Below, piece by piece: positions 11,022 through 25,053 of a DNA stretch of 64,000 bases. The notes below the pieces were generated by a model that worked only from the letters and a program-made list of their open reading frames with translations, searched no databases and was not told the origin of the DNA. The DNA lies in assembly GCA_001244265.2 (NCBI GenBank), contig CDLV01000007.1:1488001-1552000 (forward strand), written 5' to 3'. Made by a program: the position numbers and the translations under genes. The DNA comes from Microbotryum violaceum (Eukaryota). Numbering within the stretch: position 1 is the first letter of the stretch; each line of letters starts with the position of its first letter.

Positions 11022-14000
11022 ATGGACGCGCATTTGATCGCGACGGTCAACAAGTTGCAGGACGCCTTCGCCTCGGCTGGCCTGACCTCGAACCCGGTCG
11101 ATCTGCCCCAGATTGCAGGTGAGTGACGTGGGGCAGGTTATGAGTGGGGGAGGCGCTCGGGGGGAGGCGCTCTGGGTCGGGTAGACGGTGCATCGTGATG
11201 GTGGCGGTGGCTGCCACTGACGGTCCCGACCCTGGTTCTCGTTCGGTTGCACTGACTCGACCCGACCTCTGATCTCCGTTTGCACTCGTGGCGCTCTGCC
11301 CCTTCTGTTGGGTCCGATGTGACATTCCGTTTTGACAGTGATTGGATCTCAGTCTTCGTACGTGTTCTCTCGTGTCATTGTCTTCCCTGGGTTGGTGCCA
11401 GCGTCCAAGATCGAGCCGAGCCGCTCATCCTGCCTGGTTCGTCCATGATTCCCTTCACCGCATACACACACATCTGCACCATCCCCACCATCCATCATCG
11501 TCGTCGCTCAAATGCGCTGCAGTGGAAAATCGTCCGTGCTCGAGGTGAGCTCAGTTCTTGCCGCTCTCCCGACAGGCCGATTTTCGAACGACGAAGGGCG
11601 CCGCCTCTGAAACTGACCATCCCATCCTCACCTCTTCATCTCCTCACAGAACATTGTCGGACGCGACTTTTTGCCTCGAGGAAGTGAGTCAGAGCCGAAC
11701 ATGGTGCTGTACGTTTGGACCGGTCGGGTGGCTCAACTTCCTCGCGCTCTTGTCCACAGCCGGTATCGTCACTCGACGACCTTTGGTGCTGCAGTTGATC
11801 AACCGACCTGCTACGGGAGGCAAGATCGTCAACGGTGGTCAGTGGGAACCCCAGTGCTTAGTGTTCATAGACGGGAAAGCTGATGATGCACTATCACATC
11901 CACAGTCGCCGAAGGATCGGCCGAGACGTCCGACAAGGCGTCCAACCCTGATGAGTGGGCAGAATTCGTACGTCACTCTTGCTCGTCGTCGACCCAACGA
12001 AGGCTAGCTAACGTCTCGCCTTTGCTCCGCACAGTTGCACAAACCGGGAGAGAAATACTACGATTTCAACAAGGTCCGGGACGAGATTGTCGCCGATACC
12101 GAGCTCAAGACGGGCAAAAATGCCGGTTAGTGGGCTTTCCTTCGGGCGCCTCACCGTGATGGTCGACTGATAAGAGTGGCTCCGCTCTTTTCAGGCATTT
12201 CGCCCCTCCCGATCGGTCTCCGAATCTTCTCGCCTCATGTCCTCACCCTCACTTTGATCGATTTGCCCGGTTTGACCAAGGTCGGTCTCGATGCCGTTCG
12301 TGCCGGGCTTTTGACCGCCGGGTGCTGAAACGGAACCCCATTCTTTCTCGACACAGGTGCCCGTCGGTGACCAACCGCGCGACATTGAGCGACAGATCCG
12401 AGAGATGCTGCTCAAGTTCATCATGAAGCCCAACTCGATCATCCTCGCCGTCACCGCGGCCAACACCGATTTGGCAAACTCGGACGGGCTCAAGCTCGCT
12501 CGTGACGTCGACCCCGAGGGCACGAGGACGATCGGTGTCTTGACCAAGGTCGATCTAATGTCAGTCTAGCGTCCGAGGGACTTGTGCGTCTGACCTGGCG
12601 GGCTGAGCTGAGGAGCGTCGAGTTTTTGATGCACGCCATAGGGACCAAGGTACGGATGTCGTCGACATTCTCGCCGGTCGCATCATCCCTCTCCGACTTG
12701 GTTACGTCCCCGTCGTCAACCGTGGTCAACGCGACATTGACCAAAAGCGACCGATCGCTGCGGCTCTGCAACACGAGAAGGAGTTCTTCGAGAACCACTC
12801 GTCGTACCGATCCAAGGCTTCCTATTGCGGTACACCGTACCTGACCAAACGCCTCAACACGATCCTCATGCACCACATCAAGAGCACATTGCCCGACATC
12901 AAGCAAAAGATCTCGCAGACGTTGAGCAAGTACGAGGCCGAGCTGGCGTCCCTCGGTGGCGCGATGGGCGACCAGAACAACGTGAGTGGATGGGATGGAA
13001 CAACGGTAGCCGGGCCGCCGGCGTGGGCATGCTACTGTCGCTGACCCACCTTGCTTTTCGACATTCACCTTGACAGGGCAATGTTATTCTGCAAATCATC
13101 ACCGAGTTCTGCGCCGAATTTCGCAACGCGATCGACGGTCACTCGGGTGACTTGTCCCTCAACGAGCTGTCCGGTGGTGCGCGTATCTCGTTCGTCTTCC
13201 ACGAACTCTACTCGAACGGCGTCAAGTCGCTCGATCCCTTTGACCAAGTCAAGGACGCCGATATCCGTACGATCTTGTACAACTCCTCCGGCTCGTCGCC
13301 GGCTTTGTTCGTCGGTACGGCCGCGTTTGAGGTCATTATCAAGCAACAGATCAAGCGTATTGAGGAACCGTCGCTCAAGTGCGCGAACCTCGTTTACGAT
13401 GAGCTCATGCGGATACTGAATCAGCTCCTGACCAAGAATGTGAGTTGTGACCGATTCTCCGTTGAACTGGGGGCAAGAGGGGCTGATGCTCGTCCTCATC
13501 ATCACAGGCCACCTTCAAACGATACCCGGCGCTGCGAGATCGCTTCTACTCGACCGTGCAGAACTTTTACCGCAAGTCGATGGTCCCGACCAACAAGCTC
13601 GTCACCGATCTCGTTTCGATGGAAGCGACCTACATCAACACCGGTCACCCCGACTTCATCTCGGGTCACAAAGCCATGGCGATCGTTGCCGATCGAATCG
13701 CCGCTGCGAAGCCGGCTCCTCCGACGCATGATCCCAAGTCGGGAAAAATGGCGCCGGGCACTTTGAACAATGGTCGTGATTTGGACGTTGACCTCAAGAA
13801 GGAAGAAGGGTTCTTTAATTCGTTCTGGCCGGGAGGGAAGAAACCCATCGTGCCGACGAACCGTAAAGGCGCTGCAGCGATGGATGCTCCCCCACCTATG
13901 TTGAGGGCTTCGGGCACCTTGTCCGAACGCGAAACGATGGAAACCGAAGTCATCAAACTGCTCATTAGCTCGTACTTCTCCCTCTCCAAGAGGACCTTGA

Positions 14001-14212
14001 TCGACATGGTGCCGAAAGCGATCATGCTCAATCTCGTCTTCCACGCCAAGGACGACTTGCAGAAGGAGTTGTTGGGCGAGTTGTACAAGACCGAGGTGAT
14101 TGATGATGTGCTCAAGGAGTCGGATCAAGTCGTCACGCGTCGTAAGGAGTGCGTCAAGATGATTGCGGCGCTGACCAAGGCCGAAGGGATCACGGCTAGT
14201 GTCGGGGTGTAG
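11022..14212 (+). CDS. VPS1: Dynamin-like GTPase Vps1, multi-exon
   Basis: [83 protein letters not shown]. The Vps1-type insert GFFNSFW and the [23 protein letters not shown] are present. Confidence 0.95.
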
Positions 14213-14300
14213 AAAGGATTGATTGAGTTCTTCTTTTCTGCTTCTGCTTACGACTACACCTTCTTCACTGCCTCTTCAAGCTCCTTGCCTTCTTTCCTTC

Positions 14301-14320
14301 TGTGTGTGTGTGTGTGTGTG
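14301..14320. repeat. (TG)10 microsatellite in the VPS1 3' region
   Basis: Direct reading. Confidence 0.95.
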
Positions 14321-14774
14321 TCTGTCTTCATATTTTCTCAAACCGATCGTATCCGAGAGAGAGACAAAGCCTTTATCTATTGGTCAAGATCATGCTACTT
14401 TGGACATTGCCCTCGTCCTTGGCATAGCAAATGGCCTGAAACCTTGACGGTGATGAGCTTTCGGCTACGACAACAGTGGCGTCGTTCAGAACAGCTTGGT
14501 CAGCCCAGATGTCGATATCATCTCACGTCGACTTGATTTTTTTTCTTCATCTTCACCCGTCATCTATTTTTGTTGCTTCCTTTTCCAACACAGTAAATCG
14601 TCGCTCCTGCTCTCTGAACCCCTTCTTTTGCAATTAGTGTTCGCAACCCTGAATTGATCGATGCAGGCTTAAGCGGGATATTCGGCTCTGGATCGATTCG
14701 GTGACCGGTATACAATGACAACATGGTGAATACTGTAATGGTCTCTAGCATGCGATCGTCGTGAAGCCGTTCCT

Positions 14775-15974
14775 TTACGCTTCCCTGGTTTGTTGTTGAA
14801 TCAATGCGACGACCTCGCGCGCGATCTTTTCAACGATCGGGAACGAAGGGATCGCCTTGTACCGGTCGACCAAATTCGTTCCTTTGATCGGTTGGGTATG
14901 ATCCTTTCCGGTGCCCGTCTGCATCCGTTCATCCCCTCCTTCCCTTGCCTTTGGCCCAACCGCTTCGCCCTTGCCCAACCCCAGCGGATCCTCCACCACG
15001 ACTCTGAGATCCTTGACCTGATCCAACAAACTGACCAGTTCTCGATCGATAGGGACCCTGCCCAAGAACCTACACCCTCCTCCCTCGCCCTCGACCAAAG
15101 ACTCCTTCTTCTCCTCCTGTTGTCGACAAAAATCTTCCGCACCACCTTGACCGAACACGCCGACGATTTCGGAACAGTGCGGGCACACGTATCCGGACAT
15201 GTTTTCGATCAAGCCTAGGAGCGGCAGTTCGGTACGACGGATGAAGGACAGTTCTTTGGAGACGTCGAGGAGGGCGAGCGCTTGAGGGGTCGAGACGAGG
15301 AGGGAGGATAGGGTGGGGAGAAGGAGCGCCTTCGGTAGTGGGGGCAGGAGCAGGGGTCTGAGGGATTCGAGCAGCGAGATGTGTTCGTCCGAGGTGCCTG
15401 AGGAGAAAGTTTGATGAGCCCGGCTGTCCTAGCTGAGCAGAGTAGTCGACTTTGCGCACCGCTTACCCGGTGGTGTGTCGATAATGAGATAATCCAACGT
15501 GCCCCACCTGACCTGCCCCAAGAACTGCTTGATCATGGCATTCTTCTTGGGGCCCCTCCACACGACCGATTCGGAAGCGTTGCTGAGCAAGAAGCCGATC
15601 GACATGGCCGCTAGATAACCTCCCTGACCGAACGCGGACGTATCCAAAGCCTGCCGCTTCGAGTTTGAACGCTCTCCGTCTTGAGGTTGCCTGAGATCGA
15701 GGTAGACGGGTATCCACCCATCCTCACTCGCATGAACGTCATGCCCCTGGAGCCCCAACATTCTCGGTAGACTAGGACCGGTGAGATCGACGTCGAGGAG
15801 TCCGATCTTGGCATTGGGCTCGAGGGAGAGGAGGGAAAGGGCAAGTTGTACGGACACGGACGATTTGCCGACGCCGCCTTTGCCGCTGAGGACGAGGATG
15901 ATGTGCTTGATGGTCGAGAGGCGACGGAGGAGGACCGCTTCGGGTGTGGAGGAAGGGGGAGGTCGAGGAGGCAT
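14775..15974 (-). CDS. CFD1: Cytosolic Fe-S cluster assembly factor Cfd1/NUBP2 (Mrp/NBP35 family)
   Basis: [60 protein letters not shown] and [12 protein letters not shown]. It lacks the N-terminal Cys cluster of Nbp35. Confidence 0.92.
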
Positions 15975-16259
15975 GGCGTGTACAGCAAGGGGGGGAGGAC
16001 AGAGTGTGTGGTGTGGTAATGAATACCTTGTCCTCTGCGTGTGGTTCTGACTGGTCCCGAGGGGAAGGTAATGTGCGGGTCAGGAATGGAGGAACGAAAA
16101 CGCTGACAAAGATGAACCCGGCTCGACTCGGTCGCGAATGCCCGCTGAGCGCTGGGCTCTGGCCTACGCTGGCTGGCTTCGGCTTCGCGCTGGCTTGCCC
16201 TCCGCTTCCCCCACACGGATCGCTTCTCGAGCCCAGAGTCGCCACCGTACTCATCGATC

Positions 16260-17080
16260 ATGGTAGGTGCCATCCCGTAGCAACAGCAACCGTCTAGGAG
16301 CAGTAACTGATCATAGCTCAGCCCTGACTCCCATAGCAACCCACGCTCTCTCTCGTCCCCGGAGCGTCGCACGCTTCCTCTGCCTCGATCGCCGACACCG
16401 CCAATTCGCAGGGTGTGCACGACACATTACGCCATGGCGTTCGATCACTCGCCGCCGATGTTGCACCCGCTCATCCCTTGCAGGCCAGGCTGGAGAATGT
16501 GAGCAGGGCTTGTTCTGAGGACGAGGACGAGGACGAGGACGGGGACGAGACAGACGCGTCATCCTCCTCGTCAGCCCAGTCAGCCTGTGGTGGCTGGCGG
16601 TGTCACAACGTTGGACACATTGAACTCGATCTCAATCTTATCCTCTGTTTTGCGCTCCACAGTGGGATGACCACCGAGAGATGCTGCAGTTGACGTTGCA
16701 GAGGCAAATGTTTGGCCTGCACATGCCCGTGCGACAGATGATGGAACGCTCCCTCGTCAAGCAGGTCAGTCACACACCACCAAAATCTACACTCCCCATG
16801 ACCTATGGAATTCATCCAGTATCGTATACCGCACAGTCTGTCGTGCCGCGATCGTTGGGAGGCTTCACCCGACCGTCGAATCTGCACCTCGACATCCTGC
16901 TCGGCAACGACGAACAGATCGATGTCGCCGATGTTCTACGAGGTGAGGAGGTAATTTTCGCTCGCACCTTACGACCGTCTCACTGACACTACTACCGCCT
17001 CGAGATACACAGACCGGGTCGAGACAGCCGACGTGGGTGATTTCCACCGAGCGATGGAGCAAAAGATGCTCAAGTCATAG
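16260..17080 (+). CDS. UMP1: Proteasome maturation factor Ump1, multi-exon with an ATG-only first coding exon
   Basis: ATG|QPTLSLVP..DTANSQGVHDTLRHG..HPLQARLEN|WDD..QRQMFGLHMPVRQMMERSLV|..SNLHLDILLGNDEQIDVADVL|..DFHRAMEQKMLKS*. Confidence 0.9.
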
Positions 17081-17587
17081 GCTACCCCTAGTGCCGTGTC
17101 TGTTTTCTTGTGTAATACCAGTGTACTTGACCCTTGCAGCATCACTGCTTCTTGAGTGAGATGTCCGACCTTGGTTGTAGTAAGCGGCGGAGGGGAGCTC
17201 GCACCTCGCACATCTCCGCCTACTATTAGAGCCCTCCTCTCCGCGGTTGGCCTAACCAGACGCCAGCTTGGGATAGCTGGTGATTCCGAAACAGTGCGGA
17301 GATGATCTGCGGTCAAAGCATCTGAACAAGCTCTCGTAGTTATTCACGGTGTTTTCGGAGTAAATCTCATCGGAGGTAAACAGCGCCCTCCGCCGCCTTA
17401 CGCCGCCCCCACTTCAGTGTGCAGCAGCGCTCGGTCGCTGCGGGCGAGGCTCCAGCTCGTGATCACCTGCCCTCCACCGACTCGTTGCTGTGTCTCTCGC
17501 GTTGGCTGACCACACGACGCCACTCCTTGATCGACCAACCTCATCACCGTCCGTGGTCAACTTGCCGATCGCCTTACCGACTCGACG

Positions 17588-20500
17588 ATGAATCGCTCGG
17601 CGGGGTCAGTCGCCCTGCCCCGTCTGGATCCTCCCCACCCGGCAGCATCGTCGCCATCGGCGGTGGCAGTGGCCTCCCATCCGATTGCCATCGACCTCGT
17701 CGGCTCTCCACCCCCCAAGCCGAGCCATAGTTCTCACACCGGATTGCCAACCCCCTCTTCATTACCTGCTCAGCCAGTGCGTTCGCACCGGTGTGTTGTT
17801 CAGCCGCCACAGCTTCCCTCATATCGTCCCTCGGACTCGGGTGGGTCGCTCCAGGTTATCTCGGTGGATGGCCGATCACGCTCTCGCTCACGCTCTCGCC
17901 CTCGCGCCTCCGTCACCGCCGCCGTCACCGCCGCCGCCACCGCCACCACCACCACGGCCGACGACAATGGTGCAGCCGCACGGCCCGCCGCGCCGACAAC
18001 CCCACCGAGTTCTTCGGATGAATCGACGCTCGACGACGATCTGGCCAGTTTACCAGGTGCCTTGTTCGTAATGGAAGATCTGGATCTGGAACTCGCCTCA
18101 ACGTCATCGTCGTCATCGTCTTCAATGCCACACCCATTCGACCGCGCCCAGCCGCCGCCTGCAGCTCCTCCGAGTTCAGGCAGTCCAGGAGCTCGAGCCG
18201 CCTCGGTGACGGTGGCGCCTCGCACGTTTGGTCGGGCCCCTGATGGTCCTGCTGCGACATATGAACGACTCACGGGTCCAGATCGCTCGTCGGGGTCAGT
18301 TCTCTCTGAGACATGGTCTCCGTGGGAAGGGAGTGGCGCCTCGCTTGCTTCCCACGGCTCGTCCTTGCGTGAAAACTGACCCAGGCTTATAACTCGGACA
18401 CAGCTCGACGACACGAGTCTCGGCCGATGCAACCTCGCCCTCAGCCACGTCGTCGTCCACTTTGTCGTCATCTTACCCTTACCCAAGTCCTCGCTCGGCT
18501 CCGACACCCTCGGCCTTTTCGTCCAACATTGTTATCCGACGCACCCATCGAGCTCGCTACAGCCCACACGTCGAGCCGGCCCCTGCCTCGATGCAAGTCC
18601 AAGTCACTCCTAGCCGAGGCAGGCACCCTGCGGCGATCCCCTTGGCCACCTCGGATGTCGCATCCCGGCCGGCTACACCCTCGATTTCGGTCAAACGTGC
18701 CTATGACGAGGTGTCCCCGACGACGGGCTCGACACCTCCTGCGATGCACGTGGATGCCGAAATGCACGACGCCAACGACGAAAGTGCCGCGCCCGGACGC
18801 TCGCCGTCTCCCTGTTCCGGCTTGGACGACTCGGCAAACATGGCTCCGCCGCCTGCCTGGCACACGTTCGAAAGTCAGCGCGCCAGCGTCAGTGGGCGCT
18901 CGTCGACGTTCAGCCTCGACTCGAGTCAAACCGGTCGCAACAGTCCAGCGACGCTCAGGAGGCGAACACCAATTTCGACCTCAATCAGTCCGGTACGCCC
19001 GGCGCCGACGGTCACATCGGGACATGCTTACCTGGATCCGTACGATGAGGTGGGATTGGATCGATTGGGAATCTCGCGGGATCGATCGAAGCGCCGTCGT
19101 TCGGCGACAATCCCTCACTCGGAAGGGTCCGAGCGCTCGACTCCTTCGACCTCCACGGCTCCGGCCACCTCAGGGACAGCAGGTACGACATTCGCCCCCG
19201 CCTTGGGCCGTTATGTGCCACGGCCGATTCCCATCGACCCCGTTCTAGTCGCGGAGCCGTGGCCCGTACCACCCAGCGTGACCGTGCGCGGGGCTGCGGC
19301 TGCATCGCCAGCCTCCTCAACTTTGGCAACGTCGTCCAGCCAGACGATGTCATTCCGAGAAGAGCTCGAGTCGCAATTCTCGAACTTACGGCCCTCGGTG
19401 ACGCTGAGCATGCCCAGCAGTACCATCCCTACAATTGCAGCAAGAACTACTGCGACAGATGCAAGTTCTTCGGAGCCATCACCACGACGCTCGGTCGGTG
19501 GCTTCACTCGATTCTGGCAAGCCGGCAACCCTACTGGTCCCACGCCCATCTCGTCGAATGCGTCGACGATGGCAACGAGTTCGGCGGTCACCATACCCGT
19601 GACGGCTGGAGCTCGCGACTGGTCAACGACGCCACCGACGTTGTCTCTGCGCACACGAGCTGCGAGGTCGTCGACCTTTCCTCAGACTTTGCCTTCGTCC
19701 ACCGCACCGAGTCAGGTCATGGATTATCGATGGATGGTCGATGACCTATCCTCTACCCGTGCCCACGCCGCAGATTTGCCGGACTCGACGACGACCTATG
19801 CTCGAGAGGTGCTGCAACGAGCGACGGAGCGCCTGGAACGAGCCGAAGCGACCATGTCCCGCGTGTTCGGTGCGACGACGCCATCGACCCTCGAAGAACG
19901 AATCCTCGCACGTCGGCAGTCGCGCCTCAACTTCCACCTCAGCCCTCCGGCTGGCACCGAATCGTCGGGGGAGGACACCGAGATGAATCTCGATCGAACG
20001 ACGAGGGCGGCATCGGAAGGGATCTGGGCATCGAGTCCGTCTGTTGGGGAAGGTAGCTCGTCCGGTGGAAGTAGTGCGACGGCACCCGCATCGGCGAACT
20101 CGCCGACGACCACGACCTCGAGGACGCGATACTTTTTGACGAATCTTCGAGCGAGACGACCGAGATTGGCGCGCAACTCGACGGGTGTGCCTTCGCCCGA
20201 GGTCATGTCGAGCGAAAGGGAAAGGGATGGGTGGCTTGACGATTTGCGCGATGAGGGAGCCGTGTCGACGTCCGAAGTATCGGTCGTCGCGCCTGCCCTG
20301 TGGGGTGAGGAGCAGTCGCAATCACCACAGCATCTTGATGTTGCCCATGCTGGTGCGATTGATTCCGCTCCATCATCAATGGCGCCGAGGCGGATGCGAG
20401 GCCCGACCGAACGAGCGAACGAGCGCTGGCGACTAGGCCAAGCCCCCGTCACGGCCCAAACAACGACTACGAACGTGACCGCTAGTGCCAGCGGTCTAAA

Positions 20501-22672
20501 CACTCCTTCTCTTGTCAGAGAATCGTACCGAGTGGACCCCCATTCCTCCACGACGCATACTCTTGGTCAACGGGCCGCCGTCGCTACCGAGGGGCCGACG
20601 AGGACCTTGCCATGGCGTAGCATGGATTTCCGTTCCACCATCACCGCACCTCGCACGACGGAGAATGGGACCAGTGGGGGCGATCTTGCGAGCGAGATCC
20701 GTCGACGCTACAACACACTTCGAGAAGCCGAATCGACGATCCCAACTCCTGTTCGACCAGTCGACCCCGAAGTCACGCCTTGGGAGGACGCGAGATTGAG
20801 CGATCTTTCTGAGGATTCTACCGTCAGTGGCGGATCGACCTTGCCTCGACCCGAGCGAGTGGCCCCTTTCGCATTGACGCCTCGCTTCGCGCCGCCGCGA
20901 CATCGACCTGCGCGAGGTCTTGACCTGTCATTGATGACCCCATCGCTCGACTCGGGCAACGATTCGAGGGAAGTTGAAGCGCTCGAAGCTCGTGCGGCTG
21001 CAGCTCTGCGACCCTCTGCGCTGCCTCCGATGTTATCGAGTGGAAGTATGGGTCGACGACCGACCCATGGCTCGAACGAAACACGCCCTGATGATTTGCC
21101 TCGCTTCGATCCGTTTGGCTTGGACGCGGTCGATACCGCGACCGGCTCTCGCTCGAATCGACCCGCGCTTTTAGCTGCGATGCGAGCGTCGAGCCAACTT
21201 GCACAGGGGACGACTGCGCATCGCTCGAGGACGAGTCTAGCCGACGCGTTGACGCGCTACGATGCGGCTCGACTTGCTGACGAGAGGGAGCAGGATGATC
21301 TGCGACAACGACGAGCCGAAGAAGGCGCGATCGATGATAACGCGCGGCGCTACGTCATCGAGGAGACTGAATGGGAACGCGAAGACGACGACGATGACGA
21401 CCCAGGTAGCGATGTCGATATGGAGCTTTGGCGTCCTGATGTGCGAAGGACGTTCAGCGAGGAGGTTGCGGCGGATCGAAGTCGTTGGGTTCGTGCTGAG
21501 ATGGAGGCCAGTGCCGAGAGTGAGCAACGGGCGCGCCAGGCGCAGGAGAGGTTGCGGGCGAGGTCCGAGGCGTTGGCCGCTTTGAGGAGGGACCGCGGGC
21601 AGATGCGCCATTTGATGGGGAATTTGACCGCTCCTCTCACGAGTGGGCTCTCGGGTCCTAGCATCACCAGAACGACCACAACCACAACCACGACTTCGGC
21701 TTCGCCCCCGACTTCGACGACGACCGTCAATACCGCCAGCGTTGGTGCTGCTCGTGACGCCGGAGATCAAGCGACATCTCGATCTCCTGGCACGCGCCGA
21801 CGTGGCCTGAGTGATTTTTTCAGAGGCGTCGGCGCGACGGCCCATTTTGGTACGAGCCTGTTCGATGATGACTCGCTACTCGCCTTCTTTGGCCGCGACT
21901 CGGTCGCTCTCGATCCGCGAAACTACTTGGTGAGTCAGCTTCGAATTATCTTGGCAGTTACACTCTCGGTCAACTGATCTAGATTCTCGATACTGAGCTA
22001 CAGGCGGACGACCTCTTTGACTCGTCATATGATGCCCTGCTCCGCCTTTCTGAACAACTCGGCGACGTGGTCAAGCCCAAGGGTGTCCCGGAGGACAAGC
22101 TCGCCGCGTTGAGGACGTTCAAGTACAAGGCCTGGCCGATGCCGGAGCGTAGGGAGGCTTCGAGGTCACCTTCGATGACCACGACTATATCCACTGTCCC
22201 TGTTGCCTCGACAAGTACTTCACGTCCGTTTGGGTCGACAATGGTCGATCCAGTGCTCGTCCCTGCATTGGCGCGCAAAGGTGTGGAGAAGGAGGAGCGC
22301 TGCTCGGTCTGTTTGATGGTCAGTAGTCTCTGATTTTCTTACTTGGAGCATGGGACTGCGTACTGAAGAACTTTAGTTATATCTGACGTCAGGATTACGA
22401 TGACGACGACGAGTGCATGCTCGGCATGTGCGCGCATGGGTTCCATCGCGAGTGCTTGCTGGTCAGTGTTCCCTCCAGCTTCGTTTTAGCTACTGCGGAG
22501 GGCTGACACTCATCATCTGTTCCACCTCTTCCCTTATAGGCCTGGCTCAAAGAACACGGTACATGCCCGTAAGTAAAACAAGTGACGAGAGAGCACGTTT
22601 CTGAGCTTAGAGAATCTGACGCCGTTCATCCCTTCTTGCCCGCGCAGTGTCTGTCGCCGAGATCATGCTTGA
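17588..22672 (+). CDS. Large low-complexity protein with a C-terminal RING-H2 domain (putative E3 ubiquitin ligase)
   Basis: Long Ser/Thr/Pro-rich ORFs 17588-18379 and 18462-21977 join through an intron at about 18295-18403. Then DPRNYL|..SYDALLRLSEQLGDV..CSVCLM|DYDDDDECMLGMCAHGFHRECLL|AWLKEHGTCP|VCRRDHA*. Confidence 0.85.
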
Positions 22673-24102
22673 GTATTCGAGGCGCGCCGAGACCGGGGTT
22701 GGTTGGGTTTTTTTTTTTACATAGCTACACATAGCACTTTCCTTTTCTCTGTTCATGGTTCATCTCTTCCATTGATTTGCTTGGTACCTTCCCTCGCTCT
22801 CGCACAAACACTCAAAGATCATAGACACATTTTCACCTACACATAGACTAGACGATGAGAAACCCACTTCGTATATTCTAACAGACCAGTTGGGATGAGC
22901 TCTCGAGGATGATAACACTTGATTTCGTAAACACCAAGTCAAATTGATCAAGTGGAGGTAACGGTAACGCCCAGTATTGGCTTAAGTAAACCACTAGAGG
23001 CACTTTTGCGAGATCCAGTGCCAGATCTGACCAGGCTTCAGACTCCTTTCATGGTACCAATTCCCCGCAAAGGGCCGATTCTCAAACCTCGGTTAGGCGT
23101 CATGTCAAGTCGAATAAGTCAGCGTATCATACGTGGCGGCATTTTGGCAAGTATTGGCTGGCATCTACGTAAACGGAGAACGAGGGCACTAGTCGACAAC
23201 AAAAGAAAAGAGGAATTGATCGAGCGGAGTCGGGTATGCGAAATGGGGGACCGATACGCGAGAGGTAGAATGGGTGGGACCCAGAAGGAAGAAACAGAAA
23301 TGTGGTACAGACGAAGACTTTTTGTGGCCGCAGAGAGGTGGCGATAAGTTGTTGTGTTGAGAACGTACTAGTGGGATCGATTGAACAAGCAGACCGGTTT
23401 GCGGGGTGGGATCGCAGTCAAGGTTACGGTCGGCGGGAAGACCTGCCAAAGGACAAACGGTGCGTGAGGGGTTTCGGTAGGGAAGGGAAGAGCCACTCGG
23501 TGGTCCGGATGACCTGGCCGGCTTACAACGTAATAGACAACACCGTCCGTCGGGAGCGGGGCGGGGGCGTACTTATCATAATCGGTCCGGGAGCTCTCAA
23601 AGTGAGCTTCCTAAGTGTCTACACCATGTATGCATGTTGCTTTGCTCCTTATTCCACGAACTCCCGGTATACTTCATTATCTGGCAGCTCCGTCTTGACA
23701 TGTTAAACCTCAAGTGAAAGGAAGCAAGTCCTCATCAACCTGGTATGCTTAAGCAGCACCCAATTAGATTGACCACTCGTGTCCTGCACGTCGCACAAAG
23801 GCCGTCGAGCTGGCCTGGACCCCAAGTTCCTAACGCCGATGAAGATTTTTCTGACGGGGGAAGATGGAGCTGAACGGGGTAGGTGTGTGTACATTTACAA
23901 CAAGACGTGAATCCCGTTGCAACAAGAAAACAGGTCGATGGGATCCCGAGGCCCGTTACCGAGGCCGGGTGAATCTACTGAATGGAGGAGAGGGCGTGAT
24001 TAAAAGGTGGGCGCGGCACAAATAAAGGGTATACAAGTTGGTTATGTAATGTCGGGTGTCCAATCGTGGTCGACGATTTCGATGTGAGCCATCACTATAG
24101 GG

Positions 24103-24790
24103 TCACGGCGTCTGTGTCGAGCCCATCGAGCCAGCCTTGGCCGCGGCGATGACATTCGCGGCGTTGTAGCCTTCACTTCCGGTGATGTACCACTTGACGC
24201 GCTCTTGGATCAGTCGTAGTCGTGCGGGCAGATATCGCGCCACGGCGATGTAGAAGAAGAGCATGAAGATGAGGGCGATCGAGTCTATGGGCGTTGTTAC
24301 AAGCCACCGTCAGCGTTAGTCGGAGGCAGTTGGGTGGTTTCCTTGTCTGCGGATGAATGACGTACGGAGCAGGATCTTTTCCCACTGAGTGGTGTTCAGT
24401 CGAGAACGAAAATCAGCCGAATGCCAAAACACGGAGCGAGCAGCCGGCGCAGGTGAACGAACGTACGGTCTCGAACATGCTCATCGCCAACGTCCCCTCG
24501 TACCACATGATCCAGCTCCTGATGTAGCCGATCTTCTTGGGGTTCCTCCTCGAATGGTGGGGGATCTCGACCGAGGACACGGAGGCGATCTTGGACGTGG
24601 CGCCCATGCTGGCGACCGCTTGTCGCGAGGATTGGGGCGTGGGCGTGGGCGCGTTGCTGTTGCTGTTGCTGTTGCTGGTCGACCTGGACGACGACGACGA
24701 GCGCGAGTCGGCTTGCTGCTCTTCTTGCGCCTGACCGGGTTTGGACGGGGTCGAGGTGGTCGATGAGCTGTTGCGCTTCTTGCTGCCCAT
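24103..24790 (-). CDS. Serine palmitoyltransferase small subunit-like protein (SPTss/DUF3317 type) with a low-complexity N-terminal extension
   Basis: IRSWIMWYEGTLAMSMFET|WEKILL|HSIALIFMLFFYIAVARYLPARL..VKWYITG. The middle exon is 19 nt (24366-24384). Confidence 0.75.
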
Positions 24791-25053
24791 CGAAAACCCG
24801 TTGCGGTAGGCAAGCCAAAAACGAGCTTGTAGACGCCGGGCGGTCGTGCAGCGTGGAGGCAGATCTAAGAGCGTGACGTGCAGGCAGTTGCCGATTCCAG
24901 AGCCTCGGCTGACAAGATCCCGATTTGGCAAGATGGGTGGCAATCGTGCATTCCGGGTCATACTCATGGGGATCTCATTTCGTCTGCTTACCGAATTCGT
25001 CAAAAAAAAAAATGTGCTACTCAGACTGTACCGTCACACTCAAGCCATAGTCT

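Noticed and set aside
22900-23035. GATGA...CTGA boxes and an 8-bp stem CACTTGAT/ATCAAGTG, suggesting a C/D snoRNA or U3
   Set aside because: No canonical RTGATGA box, terminal stem or recognisable rRNA guide. Too weak without a search.
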